A DNA stretch of 32,000 bases, taken from Candidatus Nanohalobium constans. Its GTDB lineage: Archaea > Nanohalarchaeota > Nanosalinia > Nanosalinales > Nanosalinaceae. Shown here piece after piece: positions 15,478-22,862 of this stretch (the stretch's first letter is position 1; every line of letters begins with the position of its first letter). The position numbers and the translations under genes were made by a program. The notes beneath the pieces are model-generated. The model had not been told where the DNA came from, did not search any database, and saw nothing but the letters and a program-made list of their open reading frames with translations. The stretch is taken from the NCBI RefSeq assembly GCF_009617975.1, contig NZ_CP040089.1, positions 1 through 32,000 of the forward strand, given 5' to 3'.

Positions 15478-16332
15478 ATGAATAGACAAGTTTTAGCTTC
15501 ATTCATTGCTATCGGTCTTATTGCTTCAATTACCGGTGTCGGTACTGTAGCTGCTTCGAACACTAGCTGGGATGATAAGAAGGCTGGTGACTATGACAAG
15601 CAGATGATGCAGGACCGCATTGAGGATCTTCGTGAGAAGCGCGATTCATTGAAGCAGACTCTCCAGGAGAAGAAGTCTACATCTTCTGAGTACAAGGATA
15701 AGTACCAGAAGATCAGCAAAGACTTTGAGGAGATGAAGAAAGAGCACGAGACAGCAGTTGAAGACGCTACTGAGTACAAGGACTTGTACGAAAAGCAGAA
15801 GCAGAAGACTCATGAGTACAAGGACAAGTACCAGAAGCAGAGCGATCAAGTTGAAGAGTACCGTGATAAGTACTTGAAACAGAAGCAGAAGGCTCAGACC
15901 TACAAACAGAAGTCAGAGCAGTCTCTCAACCATCTTCAAGAAGGTGCTGTAGAGTATTCAGTTGACTACAAGAAGACCTACAAGGACCACAAGAAGACTT
16001 CAGAAAGCGATTCTGAGAAGAGCGCTAACTCAAGCTCTTACAAGGAGAAAGATCATCAGAGTAACTCATCTGCAGATTCCAGCAGCAAGAAAGGCTACGA
16101 ATCTGGAGAGAGCGACAACAGAAGCAGTAAGAAGGAGAAAACCGATTACAAGTCAGAATCATCCGAGTATGAGAAAGAGAAAGAGAAAGAATCTGACTAC
16201 GAAAAGGACTCTGAGAAGAGTTACGAAGAAGGGAAGCACGAGAAAGAGTCAGAAAGTTCCAACGAAACAGAGAAAGACAGCAAAGATGAAGAAAAAGAAG
16301 AAGACGATGAACACAAGAAAGGGAAGAAGTAA
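15478..16332 (+). CDS. Secreted Lys-rich repeat protein
   Basis: A strong SD GGAGGTGA at 15461-15468 lies 9 nt before the ATG. The signal peptide is MNRQVLASFIAIGLIASITGVGTVAAS. Six 14-aa repeats of the EYKDKYQK type are followed by a K/E/S/D-rich tail. Confidence 0.8.
   Translation: MNRQVLASFIAIGLIASITGVGTVAASNTSWDDKKAGDYDKQMMQDRIEDLREKRDSLKQTLQEKKSTSSEYKDKYQKISKDFEEMKKEHETAVEDATEYKDLYEKQKQKTHEYKDKYQKQSDQVEEYRDKYLKQKQKAQTYKQKSEQSLNHLQEGAVEYSVDYKKTYKDHKKTSESDSEKSANSSSYKEKDHQSNSSADSSSKKGYESGESDNRSSKKEKTDYKSESSEYEKEKEKESDYEKDSEKSYEEGKHEKESESSNETEKDSKDEEKEEDDEHKKGKK
15688..15939 (+). repeat. In-frame tandem repeat, 6 x 42 nt (14 aa)
   Basis: GAGTAC(A/C)(A/G)GGA-type repeat starts occur at 15688, 15772, 15814 and 15856. 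The peptides are EYKDKYQKISKDFE / EMKKEHETAVEDAT / EYKDLYEKQKQKTH / EYKDKYQKQSDQVE / EYRDKYLKQKQKAQ / TYKQKSEQSLNHLQ. Confidence 0.8.
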
Positions 16333-16377
16333 CTGAGCGATGCTCAGCTACATGAGGAAGGGTTATTTCCTTCCTCA
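16333..16377 (+). terminator. Two perfect hairpins just after the Lys-rich gene, possibly a 3-prime end or terminator element
   Basis: The hairpins are CTGAGC-gat-GCTCAG (16333-16347) and TGAGGAAGG-gttattt-CCTTCCTCA (16353-16377). Confidence 0.35.
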
Positions 16378-16404
16378 CATCTTCCAACTTAAAGAGGATT
16401 TAGC

Positions 16405-16923
16405 ATGATGGAAAGAATGGAAATAGCTACGACACTGCTCATAGTATTGGTTGCTACGCCGCTTGTAGTATTCATAGTTCCACAGCTTCTGGGCTTAGAA
16501 GCCTACGTAGTTACCTCTGGTTCGATGGAACCTCGGGTTCCTGAAGGAGCAATACTGTACAACCAGAATTCTGAAACCTCACAACTCGAGGTAGGTGATA
16601 TAGTCACTTACGTGCCTAACCCCAATCAGAGCGATGCTGACAGAATCACACATAGAATAATACAGGTGAATCAAACAGAGAACTCACGCCAGTTCAAAAC
16701 TCAGGGAGACGCCAATGTCGACCCCGATCCCGGATGGGTATCAGACTACCAGGTAATAGGACAAGAACTATTCACAATACCATACCTAGGCTACATGGTA
16801 AAATTCCTATCATCCCCTATCACACTAATACTGCTCCTAATCGTTCCCTCAGCTATAATGCTCAAAACTCACATAGAGAAACTACATGAAGAACTAACCC
16901 AATCCAAACAATCCTTCAACTAA
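16405..16923 (+). CDS. Signal peptidase I, archaeal/Sec11 type (S26B)
   Basis: It has an N-terminal TM segment, the Ser motif VVTSGSMEP, the His motif ITHRII, GDAN..DP, and a C-terminal TM segment. Confidence 0.88.
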   Translation: MMERMEIATTLLIVLVATPLVVFIVPQLLGLEAYVVTSGSMEPRVPEGAILYNQNSETSQLEVGDIVTYVPNPNQSDADRITHRIIQVNQTENSRQFKTQGDANVDPDPGWVSDYQVIGQELFTIPYLGYMVKFLSSPITLILLLIVPSAIMLKTHIEKLHEELTQSKQSFN

Positions 16924-17266
16924 TTGAACCTGGTTCAAGCAGAGAACTCAAAGCATCAGTATTCACATACTCCAGAACGGATACATCCCATATAACTTCT
17001 TCATACTCTCCCCTACCCTCTCTCATATTCACACCATACAATTTTTCAACAGCACTCAGACCCAAACCTATCTCGGTAGAACTCAAGCAACAATCATTCT
17101 CCAACTCAGATGCAGACACATAGCCAGAATCCTCATCTTCCAGATACTTCTCACTTACATCCAAAACCAGGACACCGAACTTACGCAAATGCCACTTGTC
17201 CTCAGACTCCAAGCCCTCAAACATCTCCAACACCTGCTCATCAGAATACTCAACCCACATACTCAC
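16916..17266 (-). CDS. Hypothetical acidic protein
   Basis: The 116-aa ORF has the acidic composition and purine-rich coding strand typical of genes here. No motif is recognised. Confidence 0.55.
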   Translation of the reverse strand: MSMWVEYSDEQVLEMFEGLESEDKWHLRKFGVLVLDVSEKYLEDEDSGYVSASELENDCCLSSTEIGLGLSAVEKLYGVNMREGRGEYEEVIWDVSVLEYVNTDALSSLLEPGSIS

Positions 17267-17497
17267 TCATTAAACACCTCTGCTTATACACCCAGATGGA
17301 AAATACCCGTCAGAAGACTCACAAACAACTTATGACTGTTCGATATACACGAACAAACTTATGTTCAAAAAATACCAACATTCAACATATTTTAAAACCT
17401 TTTGTCGTTACTTTTCCATTAAAATTTAATTAGACGAGTGTTTTCTCTGAACGAACAACCTCTAACTTTGATTAATACCTGCTTCTAAACAGATACT

Positions 17498-17707
17498 GTG
17501 AGAATCACAAAGATCCAGGACGACGGAGAAAGATTCATCATACACGGCGACAGTCACTTATACCAAAAATTAAAGGAGGTATTCGACCAAATGGGCTTAG
17601 GCATCTCCGTAACCGAGTCTGATTCCGGGGTTGCCAATATACTCTACACTGAAAATAACCGAGATATAGTACTGAGAGTTCTTGATGAAAGAACAAATTC
17701 TACATAG
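17498..17707 (+). CDS. Hypothetical small protein (GTG start)
   Basis: The 69-aa ORF has protein-like acidic composition. It sits alone inside a low-coding-density region. Confidence 0.45.
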   Translation: MRITKIQDDGERFIIHGDSHLYQKLKEVFDQMGLGISVTESDSGVANILYTENNRDIVLRVLDERTNST

Positions 17708-17897
17708 ACAGAGTTTAATTGGTCCGTAAGACCCGTCATCAGTGGGTCGCACCTGTTTCTTGCTACTTCTATTTGCTTTAGGCTACCCCATGCAGCAAGG
17801 TTTTACTGACATTGTCGGATTTAAAGAAGTTCAATCTTTGCATTAGCAGGTTATGAAGGGAAGATAGTTTCCGATTTTTTGTACTCTGTCTTCAGGA

Positions 17898-18325
17898 AAC
17901 CATGAGTGTTTGCTATTATTGAACACTCATAGAACTCTGGCTCATTGTTTTTCCTTATACTAGAAAAACCTCATAATAAAGAAGGTATATCGCAAATGTC
18001 GGGGTATGTGGTTTTAGTATGTCGTTTGGGGTTTTAGCCAGGGGTCGCGATCCAGATAAGGTTCTAAATAAAGAAGGTATATTTTCACTGTGTGAACTGC
18101 CTGGCATGATTCACCCATTGCCTCACATACCTTCTTTGTGTTGGGGCGTTTTGCTTCTTCTGTCCTAAAACCACGAATGTTTGCCTTGTTTGAACACTCT
18201 TTTCTCCATGAGTGTTCTTTGATTTTACACACTCATTGAAGTTACTTGGTGGTAGTGTCGAAAGTTTTTAAAAAGGCATGAATGTTCGCTTAATATTAAC
18301 TGATGTGTGTATTTTTTGAACACTC
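17898..18325. repeat. Dyad-containing repeat family (ATGARTGTTYGC-N-GAACACTC), three copies
   Basis: Copy 1 (17898-17934) is aaaCCATGAGTGTTTGCTATTATTGAACACTCAT, with 9-bp inverted arms ATGAGTGTT/AACACTCAT. Copy 2 (18168-18199) is aaaCCACGAATGTTTGCCTTGTTTGAACACTC, followed by the inverted pair GAACACTC/GAGTGTTC (18192-18218). Copy 3 (18277-18325) is GCATGAATGTTCGC...GAACACTC. A degenerate copy, ACGAGTGTTTTCTCTGAACGAAC, lies at 17434-17456. Confidence 0.6.
17975..18137. repeat. 16-nt direct repeat AATAAAGAAGGTATAT (x2) plus an inverted partial copy
   Basis: Exact copies lie at 17975-17990 and 18067-18082. The inverted copy ACATACCTTCTTT at 18125-18137 can pair with the second direct copy to form a 13-bp stem with one mismatch. 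Confidence 0.6.
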
Positions 18326-18336
18326 TTTTTACGAGC

Positions 18337-18703
18337 CTAGGTGTTTTGGAGTACATGGAGTAGTTCGCTGAGAGGTTCAACTATCTTTTCTTCTTTGGGT
18401 GTGAGTTCTACTATCCTTTTTCTGCCTTCTTTGTGGGTCTTGACTGGGTCTGTTTCCCTCGGTTTCTGTATGACTTTTACGGTGTGTCTGTTAGTCGATT
18501 CTGTGTTGCTGTGAGTGTGAGGTATAGTGGTCTTCCCAGGAGGGTTGAGTTGGGCTAGAATGTGGCAGAGATTGAGGGGTGAAAAACTCCTCTATGTCTG
18601 TCAGTTTGGAAAGCTCTTGGGTTATATCGTGGTTCGGGTCATTAATTTGTTTTGAAGTGAAAATGTGAGTTGTCAAATAGGTTACTGGATGGTTATGCGG
18701 CAT
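18337..18703 (-). pseudogene. Possible frameshifted small ORF with a wHTH-like C-terminal segment
   Basis: The 70-aa ORF 18491-18703 stops at TAA. A second frame with no start codon stays open from about 18590 to the TAG at 18337-18339 and reads ...VKVIQKPRETDPVKTHKEGRKRIVELTPKEEKIVEPLSELLHVLQNT. The frames can be joined at the A5/T5 run at 18582-18586. Confidence 0.2.
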
Positions 18704-18709
18704 GATGGC

Positions 18710-18720
18710 TTTATTTAAAA
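18710..18720 (+). promoter_or_regulatory. TATA-box-like element upstream of the histone gene
   Basis: TTTATTTAAAA is centred about 37 nt upstream of ATG 18752. Confidence 0.3.
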
Positions 18721-18751
18721 CCGTTCCGGTCGAAAATTGTCTGTGGTAACA

Positions 18752-18949
18752 ATGGAATTCTCAGTATCTAAAATGAAGGAAATGATCAAAAGTCAGGGCA
18801 GCAAAAGAGTATCAGAAGACAGTGCAGAAGAACTAGCAGATGTACTAGAAACATTCGCAGGGGATGTATCAGAAGAAGCGATCGCAGTAGCAAATGACAA
18901 AGGAAGAAAAACTGTCCGTGGCGAAGACATCAGAGACGCCCTGAAATAA
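18752..18949 (+). CDS. Archaeal histone (histone-fold, HMf family)
   Basis: The 65-aa product is MEFSVSKMKEMIKSQGSKRVSEDSAEELADVLETFAGDVSEEAIAVANDKGRKTVRGEDIRDALK. The RVS..A...L and A.H.GRKTV...DI..A pattern is conserved. The ORF track begins at a TTG at 18737, but ATG 18752 fits the histone length. Confidence 0.88.
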   Translation: MEFSVSKMKEMIKSQGSKRVSEDSAEELADVLETFAGDVSEEAIAVANDKGRKTVRGEDIRDALK

Positions 18950-19145
18950 GAGCTACTTCTATTTTTCCACTATTTTTATTTCTCCTTGTACCGAACAGCA
19001 TATCATGTATAATATAATACCAATCACCTTGCTCCTCTGTTTAGAGCTGTAGAAAACCATTTCCGGCACCTATCAGCATCCGTATTCATGCTGCCGAAGG
19101 TCCAACTCCACCATGAATTTAATGATTACATCCGTCTTCTAATAC

Positions 19146-20147
19146 ATGAGTGCAGAGGAAGTCGTAGAGAAAATTGTCGACGAAACAGAGATGGACGAAG
19201 ACGAAGTACAGGAAAAACTGGAAGACAAGATGGAAGAATTCTCCGGACTAGTCAGCGAAGAAGGAGCATCACACCTAGTCGCAAAAGAACACGGCGTACA
19301 GATAGCAGAAGAGCAGAACGAAGACCTAAAAATAGATAATATAGTGCCGGACATGCGGAAAGTCCATGTCAAATCCAAAGTACTCAACATTTCCGATGTA
19401 AACACGTTTGAACGAGACGATGACGAGGAAGATGGAAGAGTTCAGAACATGGTGCTCGGTGATGAGACAGGTACGATCCGGGTAACACTCTGGGATGAAC
19501 AGACCGAGATTGCGGAAAAAATCGATGAAGGAAACGGAATCGAAATCGCAGGAGCATACACGGTAGAGGACAACCAAGGAGAAGCCGAACTCCGGCTTGG
19601 CGATGATGTACAGGTCAAGATGCTGGACGATGATGAAGTACCAGAGGTAGATGATTCAAGCTCAATGTCCACAAAGGAAGTATCCATCAAAGAAGTCAAC
19701 CAGGAAGGCAACTCGTACAGGGTTCGCGGCATGTTGATGAAGGTCTACACATCCAACCCGTTCTACAGAGTACACCCCGAAACAGGAGACACAGTCAGGG
19801 AGAATGATGACGGAGACTATGTCACCGATGACGGCGAGGAAGTCGAGGATCCGGAAGGAAGACTAGCGGTATCAGGAGTCATCGACGATGGAACAGAAAC
19901 CATCCGAACAGTATTCTTCGGAGACCAAGCACGAGAAGTACTAGAAGTCGACGAAGAAACAGAAAAAGAAATGGACACAGACACAGTAGAAGAAGCAGCT
20001 GTAGAAGCACAGGGCAAAGAACTTGTAATCGAAGGAAGAACACGATTCAACGACTACTTTGACCGACTGGAAATTCTATGCAACAGCCTGGAAGAAGTTG
20101 AAACCAAGGAAGAGATCGAGCGTATGCTCGAAGTCATGGAAGCATAA
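19146..20147 (+). CDS. rpa: RPA-like single-stranded DNA-binding protein (two OB folds)
   Basis: The N-terminal helical segment is ...LVSEEGASHLVAKEHGV. OB fold 1 is VHVKSKVLNISDVNTFER...LGDETGTIRVTLWDEQ. OB fold 2 is YRVRGMLMKVY...VIDDGTETIRTVFFGDQA. Confidence 0.85.
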   Translation: MSAEEVVEKIVDETEMDEDEVQEKLEDKMEEFSGLVSEEGASHLVAKEHGVQIAEEQNEDLKIDNIVPDMRKVHVKSKVLNISDVNTFERDDDEEDGRVQNMVLGDETGTIRVTLWDEQTEIAEKIDEGNGIEIAGAYTVEDNQGEAELRLGDDVQVKMLDDDEVPEVDDSSSMSTKEVSIKEVNQEGNSYRVRGMLMKVYTSNPFYRVHPETGDTVRENDDGDYVTDDGEEVEDPEGRLAVSGVIDDGTETIRTVFFGDQAREVLEVDEETEKEMDTDTVEEAAVEAQGKELVIEGRTRFNDYFDRLEILCNSLEEVETKEEIERMLEVMEA

Positions 20148-20167
20148 AAACGAGGTAATAGAATACT

Positions 20168-21124
20168 ATGAGCCAAGAACAAGAAGTTGACTTAGAAGAC
20201 TTGAAAGGAGTAGGAGGAAAAACCGCAGAAAGACTGAGAGACGAAGGCCTAGCCAATTTGATGGAGCTAGCTAACATGAAAGCCGGTGAACTCTCAGGAA
20301 AAGTCGATGGAATAGGAGAATCCGCAGCAGAATCAATTGTAAAATCGGCGAAAGAACACGCAGATGTCGGAGGCTTCGAAACAGCAACAGACAAGCGAGA
20401 AGCCCGTAAAGACATGCGGAAAATAGGGACAAACAGCGAACAGTTCAACGAACTGCTTGATGGTGGAATCGAAACACAGTGCATCACAGAACTCTACGGG
20501 GAGTTCGGAGCAGGAAAGACACAGATCGCACACCACCTCGCAGTAAACGTCCAGAAACCTGAAGAAGAAGGTGGAATGGGCAAAGGAGCAGTATACATCG
20601 ACACAGAAGACACTTTCATCCCGGAAAGAGTTGAACAGATGGCTGAAGAAGCAGGAATGGATGTAGACGAAGTACTTGACAACATCCACGTAGCAAGAGC
20701 ATTCAACTCAGACCACCAGATGCTTCTAGCCGAAGAAGCCAAACAGATCTGCCAAGACAACGACATCGGACTAATCATAGTCGACTCACTAATGGCACAC
20801 TTCCGATCAGAGTATGTAGGAAGAGGAGAACTAGCCAAGAGACAGCAAAAACTCAACAAACACATGGCAACACTCCTCAGAGTAGCCAACACCCACAACA
20901 CAGCAGTAGTAGTAACCAACCAGGTCATGGACAACCCAGACCAGATGTTCGGCGACCCAACCAAAGCGATCGGAGGAAACATCGTAGCACACAACTGCGC
21001 AGTCATAATCTACCTCAGAAAAGGCAAGAAAGACACAAGAGTCGCAAGACTAGAAGACTCACCATACCTGCCAGAAGGAGAAGCCGTCTACAGCATTGAG
21101 GACCAAGGAATTATCGACGGTTAA
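20168..21124 (+). CDS. radA: RadA recombinase
   Basis: The N-terminal HhH is LEDLKGVGGKTAERLRDEGL, Walker A is GEFGAGKTQ and Walker B is LIIVDSL. Confidence 0.95.
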   Translation: MSQEQEVDLEDLKGVGGKTAERLRDEGLANLMELANMKAGELSGKVDGIGESAAESIVKSAKEHADVGGFETATDKREARKDMRKIGTNSEQFNELLDGGIETQCITELYGEFGAGKTQIAHHLAVNVQKPEEEGGMGKGAVYIDTEDTFIPERVEQMAEEAGMDVDEVLDNIHVARAFNSDHQMLLAEEAKQICQDNDIGLIIVDSLMAHFRSEYVGRGELAKRQQKLNKHMATLLRVANTHNTAVVVTNQVMDNPDQMFGDPTKAIGGNIVAHNCAVIIYLRKGKKDTRVARLEDSPYLPEGEAVYSIEDQGIIDG

Positions 21125-21558
21125 TTTTCTAAGTAGGATTTTGGGGGAATTTCCTCCCTTAATTCATCTGTTACTTCCTCGAGCGCTTGGCTTACTTCTT
21201 CTTGTGAATCAGCTGCGTGTACGGTTCCATTAGCCTGTTCAAGGTACTCAATTGCATTCTCTGGAGGTGCACCGTTGATCGAGATTTCAAAGCTTTCTCT
21301 TACATCTTCTCCATCGTACATTGTAGGTCCTCCTACTGTGTAGAAATCTACTTCTTCACTGTCTCTGTTTATTTCCAGAACTTCTGCGCAATTATTGAAA
21401 TCGTAATGTTTTACAAATTTCAGACTGTCATCTGTCCAAAATAGCCTTGTGGCTATCTCACCTTCTTTGTTTTTTGATTCATATAGATGTGTAAATGGAT
21501 CTTCCTCTGATAATCTGGAGTAGTGACTGGAAAGGTTAAGTTCTGTCATGTTTACCAA
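21121..21558 (-). CDS. Hypothetical acidic protein
   Basis: The 145-aa ORF has typical composition. Its stop shares the palindrome TTAA (21121-21124) with the radA stop. Confidence 0.55.
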   Translation of the reverse strand: MVNMTELNLSSHYSRLSEEDPFTHLYESKNKEGEIATRLFWTDDSLKFVKHYDFNNCAEVLEINRDSEEVDFYTVGGPTMYDGEDVRESFEISINGAPPENAIEYLEQANGTVHAADSQEEVSQALEEVTDELREEIPPKSYLEN

Positions 21559-21636
21559 TTAGTAACAACAGAATATAAATGTTGTGGTTGAGAAATTGTA
21601 GATATCAATATGCCATAAGTAGTAGAAAAGTAGAAA

Positions 21637-21897
21637 TTATAGAATGTCGTCTTCGCTGACGATGACGAAGTCTCCTACGCTTCTGACTGCGGAGAATGGG
21701 ATTATGTTTCTGCCTTTTTTGTCGCTTTGGAGTTGTTCGTCGTCTAGGTGTTGGGTTGTATCTGTGACGAGCAGGTTCATTAGTTCGCCTGTGTCTCCGA
21801 CGAATGAGATGTCGTTGACTGTCCCGAATTTTTTACCGTGTTCTTCGGATACTACTGTTTTACCTGTGATCTCGCTTCCACGTGGTGTTGCTGGCAT
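21637..21897 (-). CDS. PRC-barrel domain protein
   Basis: The 86-aa product has ITGKTVVSEEHGKKFGTVNDISFVGDTGELMNLLV...IPFSAVRSVGDFVIV, typical of PRC-barrel proteins. Confidence 0.75.
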   Translation of the reverse strand: MPATPRGSEITGKTVVSEEHGKKFGTVNDISFVGDTGELMNLLVTDTTQHLDDEQLQSDKKGRNIIPFSAVRSVGDFVIVSEDDIL

Positions 21898-21952
21898 TGT
21901 TTTAGGGCACCTTTACAAGTGGTTTTTAGGGAGGGAGAGTTAAAAACTTTCC

Positions 21953-22486
21953 ATGCGTGTCTTCACCGCAGTCAACATAGAAAACGAAAAAGTACTAGAC
22001 AAACTGGAGGAGATGCAGAAGGAACTGGACTACGGCTTCAACAAAGTAAAACCAGGGAAAATGCATCTAACTCTCCAATTTTTCAAAAATGTTGATAGGA
22101 ATGAACTAGAAGAAATAAAGACAGGACTGAACAAAATTGAGATGGAGCCTTTCAAATTGAAGATTAAAGGCGTAGGCGTATTTCCGTCAAAAGACTATGT
22201 ACGAGTTGTCTGGGCAGGGATTGAGTCTGAAGAAGTATTCGAATTAAAGAACCAGGTTTCAAAACACTCGGTTGAAGAGGACAACGATCACAAGTTCCAT
22301 CCTCATATCACGTTATCCAGAGTAAAAAACATCGCCAGAAGAGACAAAAAAGATTTCAGAAGAAAACTTGAGAAACTGGAGGACGAGGAGATAGCTCAGA
22401 CGACCGTCAAATCAGTTAAACTATTCAAAAGCAAACATACCGGAAAAGCCATGGTTTACAGTGTATTGGAGGAGAAGGAGCTGTGA
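21953..22486 (+). CDS. thpR: RNA 2',3'-cyclic phosphodiesterase / 2'-5' RNA ligase (2H family, LigT/ThpR)
   Basis: Two HxT/Sx motifs are present, MHLTLQF and HPHITLSR, at the expected spacing in a 177-aa protein. Confidence 0.88.
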   Translation: MRVFTAVNIENEKVLDKLEEMQKELDYGFNKVKPGKMHLTLQFFKNVDRNELEEIKTGLNKIEMEPFKLKIKGVGVFPSKDYVRVVWAGIESEEVFELKNQVSKHSVEEDNDHKFHPHITLSRVKNIARRDKKDFRRKLEKLEDEEIAQTTVKSVKLFKSKHTGKAMVYSVLEEKEL

Positions 22487-22824
22487 ACAGAGAACGTTTT
22501 ACGTATCTATGTCTTTTTCTATCAGTTCTAGGTCTGGGAATTCTTCAGTTCTCAACCGCTCACCTCAAGCCTGATGTAACTGACATCAACTCTGTTGATA
22601 GTTCTAAAGTCGGTCAGATCGTCAAAGTAAAAGGCAATGTCTCAGGTTTTTACTCCACTGGTTCAGCATCTTTCTTCACTCTAACTGACTCCACAGACAA
22701 GATCCAGGTCACATCTTTCAACCAACCGGAAGTCAGTTCCGGAGACACCATTACTGTTCTGGGCAAAGCTGAACTCCATCAAGGCAGTTTACAGATTGTT
22801 TCGACTGAAATCGAACAGAACTAA
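22483..22824 (+). CDS. Membrane-anchored OB-fold protein
   Basis: The GTG start overlaps the thpR stop as GTGA. An N-terminal TM segment (LCLFLSVLGLGILQF) follows a basic stretch. The tRNA_anti-like OB pattern is VGQIVKVKGNVSG...FFTLTDSTDKIQVTSF...GDTITVLGKAELHQGSLQIV. Confidence 0.7.
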   Translation: MNRERFTYLCLFLSVLGLGILQFSTAHLKPDVTDINSVDSSKVGQIVKVKGNVSGFYSTGSASFFTLTDSTDKIQVTSFNQPEVSSGDTITVLGKAELHQGSLQIVSTEIEQN

Positions 22825-22862
22825 AGATTAATTTAAACGCTTCGGACTTCAAACTAAAACAC

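Noticed and set aside
15962-16336. 124-aa K/R-rich ORF in an alternative + frame of the Lys-rich gene, and the similar R-rich ORF at 24831-25259
   Set aside because: These are alternative-frame readings of A/G-rich low-complexity DNA. They have no start context, and the main frames have a signal peptide with SD and family motifs respectively.
17110-17433. 107-aa H/P/T/Q-rich + strand ORF
   Set aside because: It is antisense to the more plausible acidic ORF 16916-17266 and then runs into non-coding sequence. Its composition is the mirror of a purine-rich coding strand.
18014-18232. 72-aa minus-strand ORF in the non-coding island
   Set aside because: It is rich in Cys, Trp, Lys and Arg and non-acidic. 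It is built largely from the repeat units, and equivalent repeat copies elsewhere are interrupted by stops, so the similarity is at DNA level rather than protein level.
17898-18325. Possible CRISPR array
   Set aside because: The repeat copies are imperfect, differently spaced (about 270 and 110 nt) and of variable internal length. There are no cas genes and no regular repeat-spacer periodicity.
18737-18751. TTG-initiated 5-codon extension of the histone gene
   Set aside because: ATG 18752 yields a 65-aa protein matching archaeal histone length and sits at a sensible distance from the TATA-like element.
20134-21006. Three minus-strand ORFs (117, 118 and 170 aa) overlapping radA
   Set aside because: They are antisense to a clearly identified RadA gene. 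Their composition (S, C, F, L-rich) is unlike the acidic proteins of this genome.
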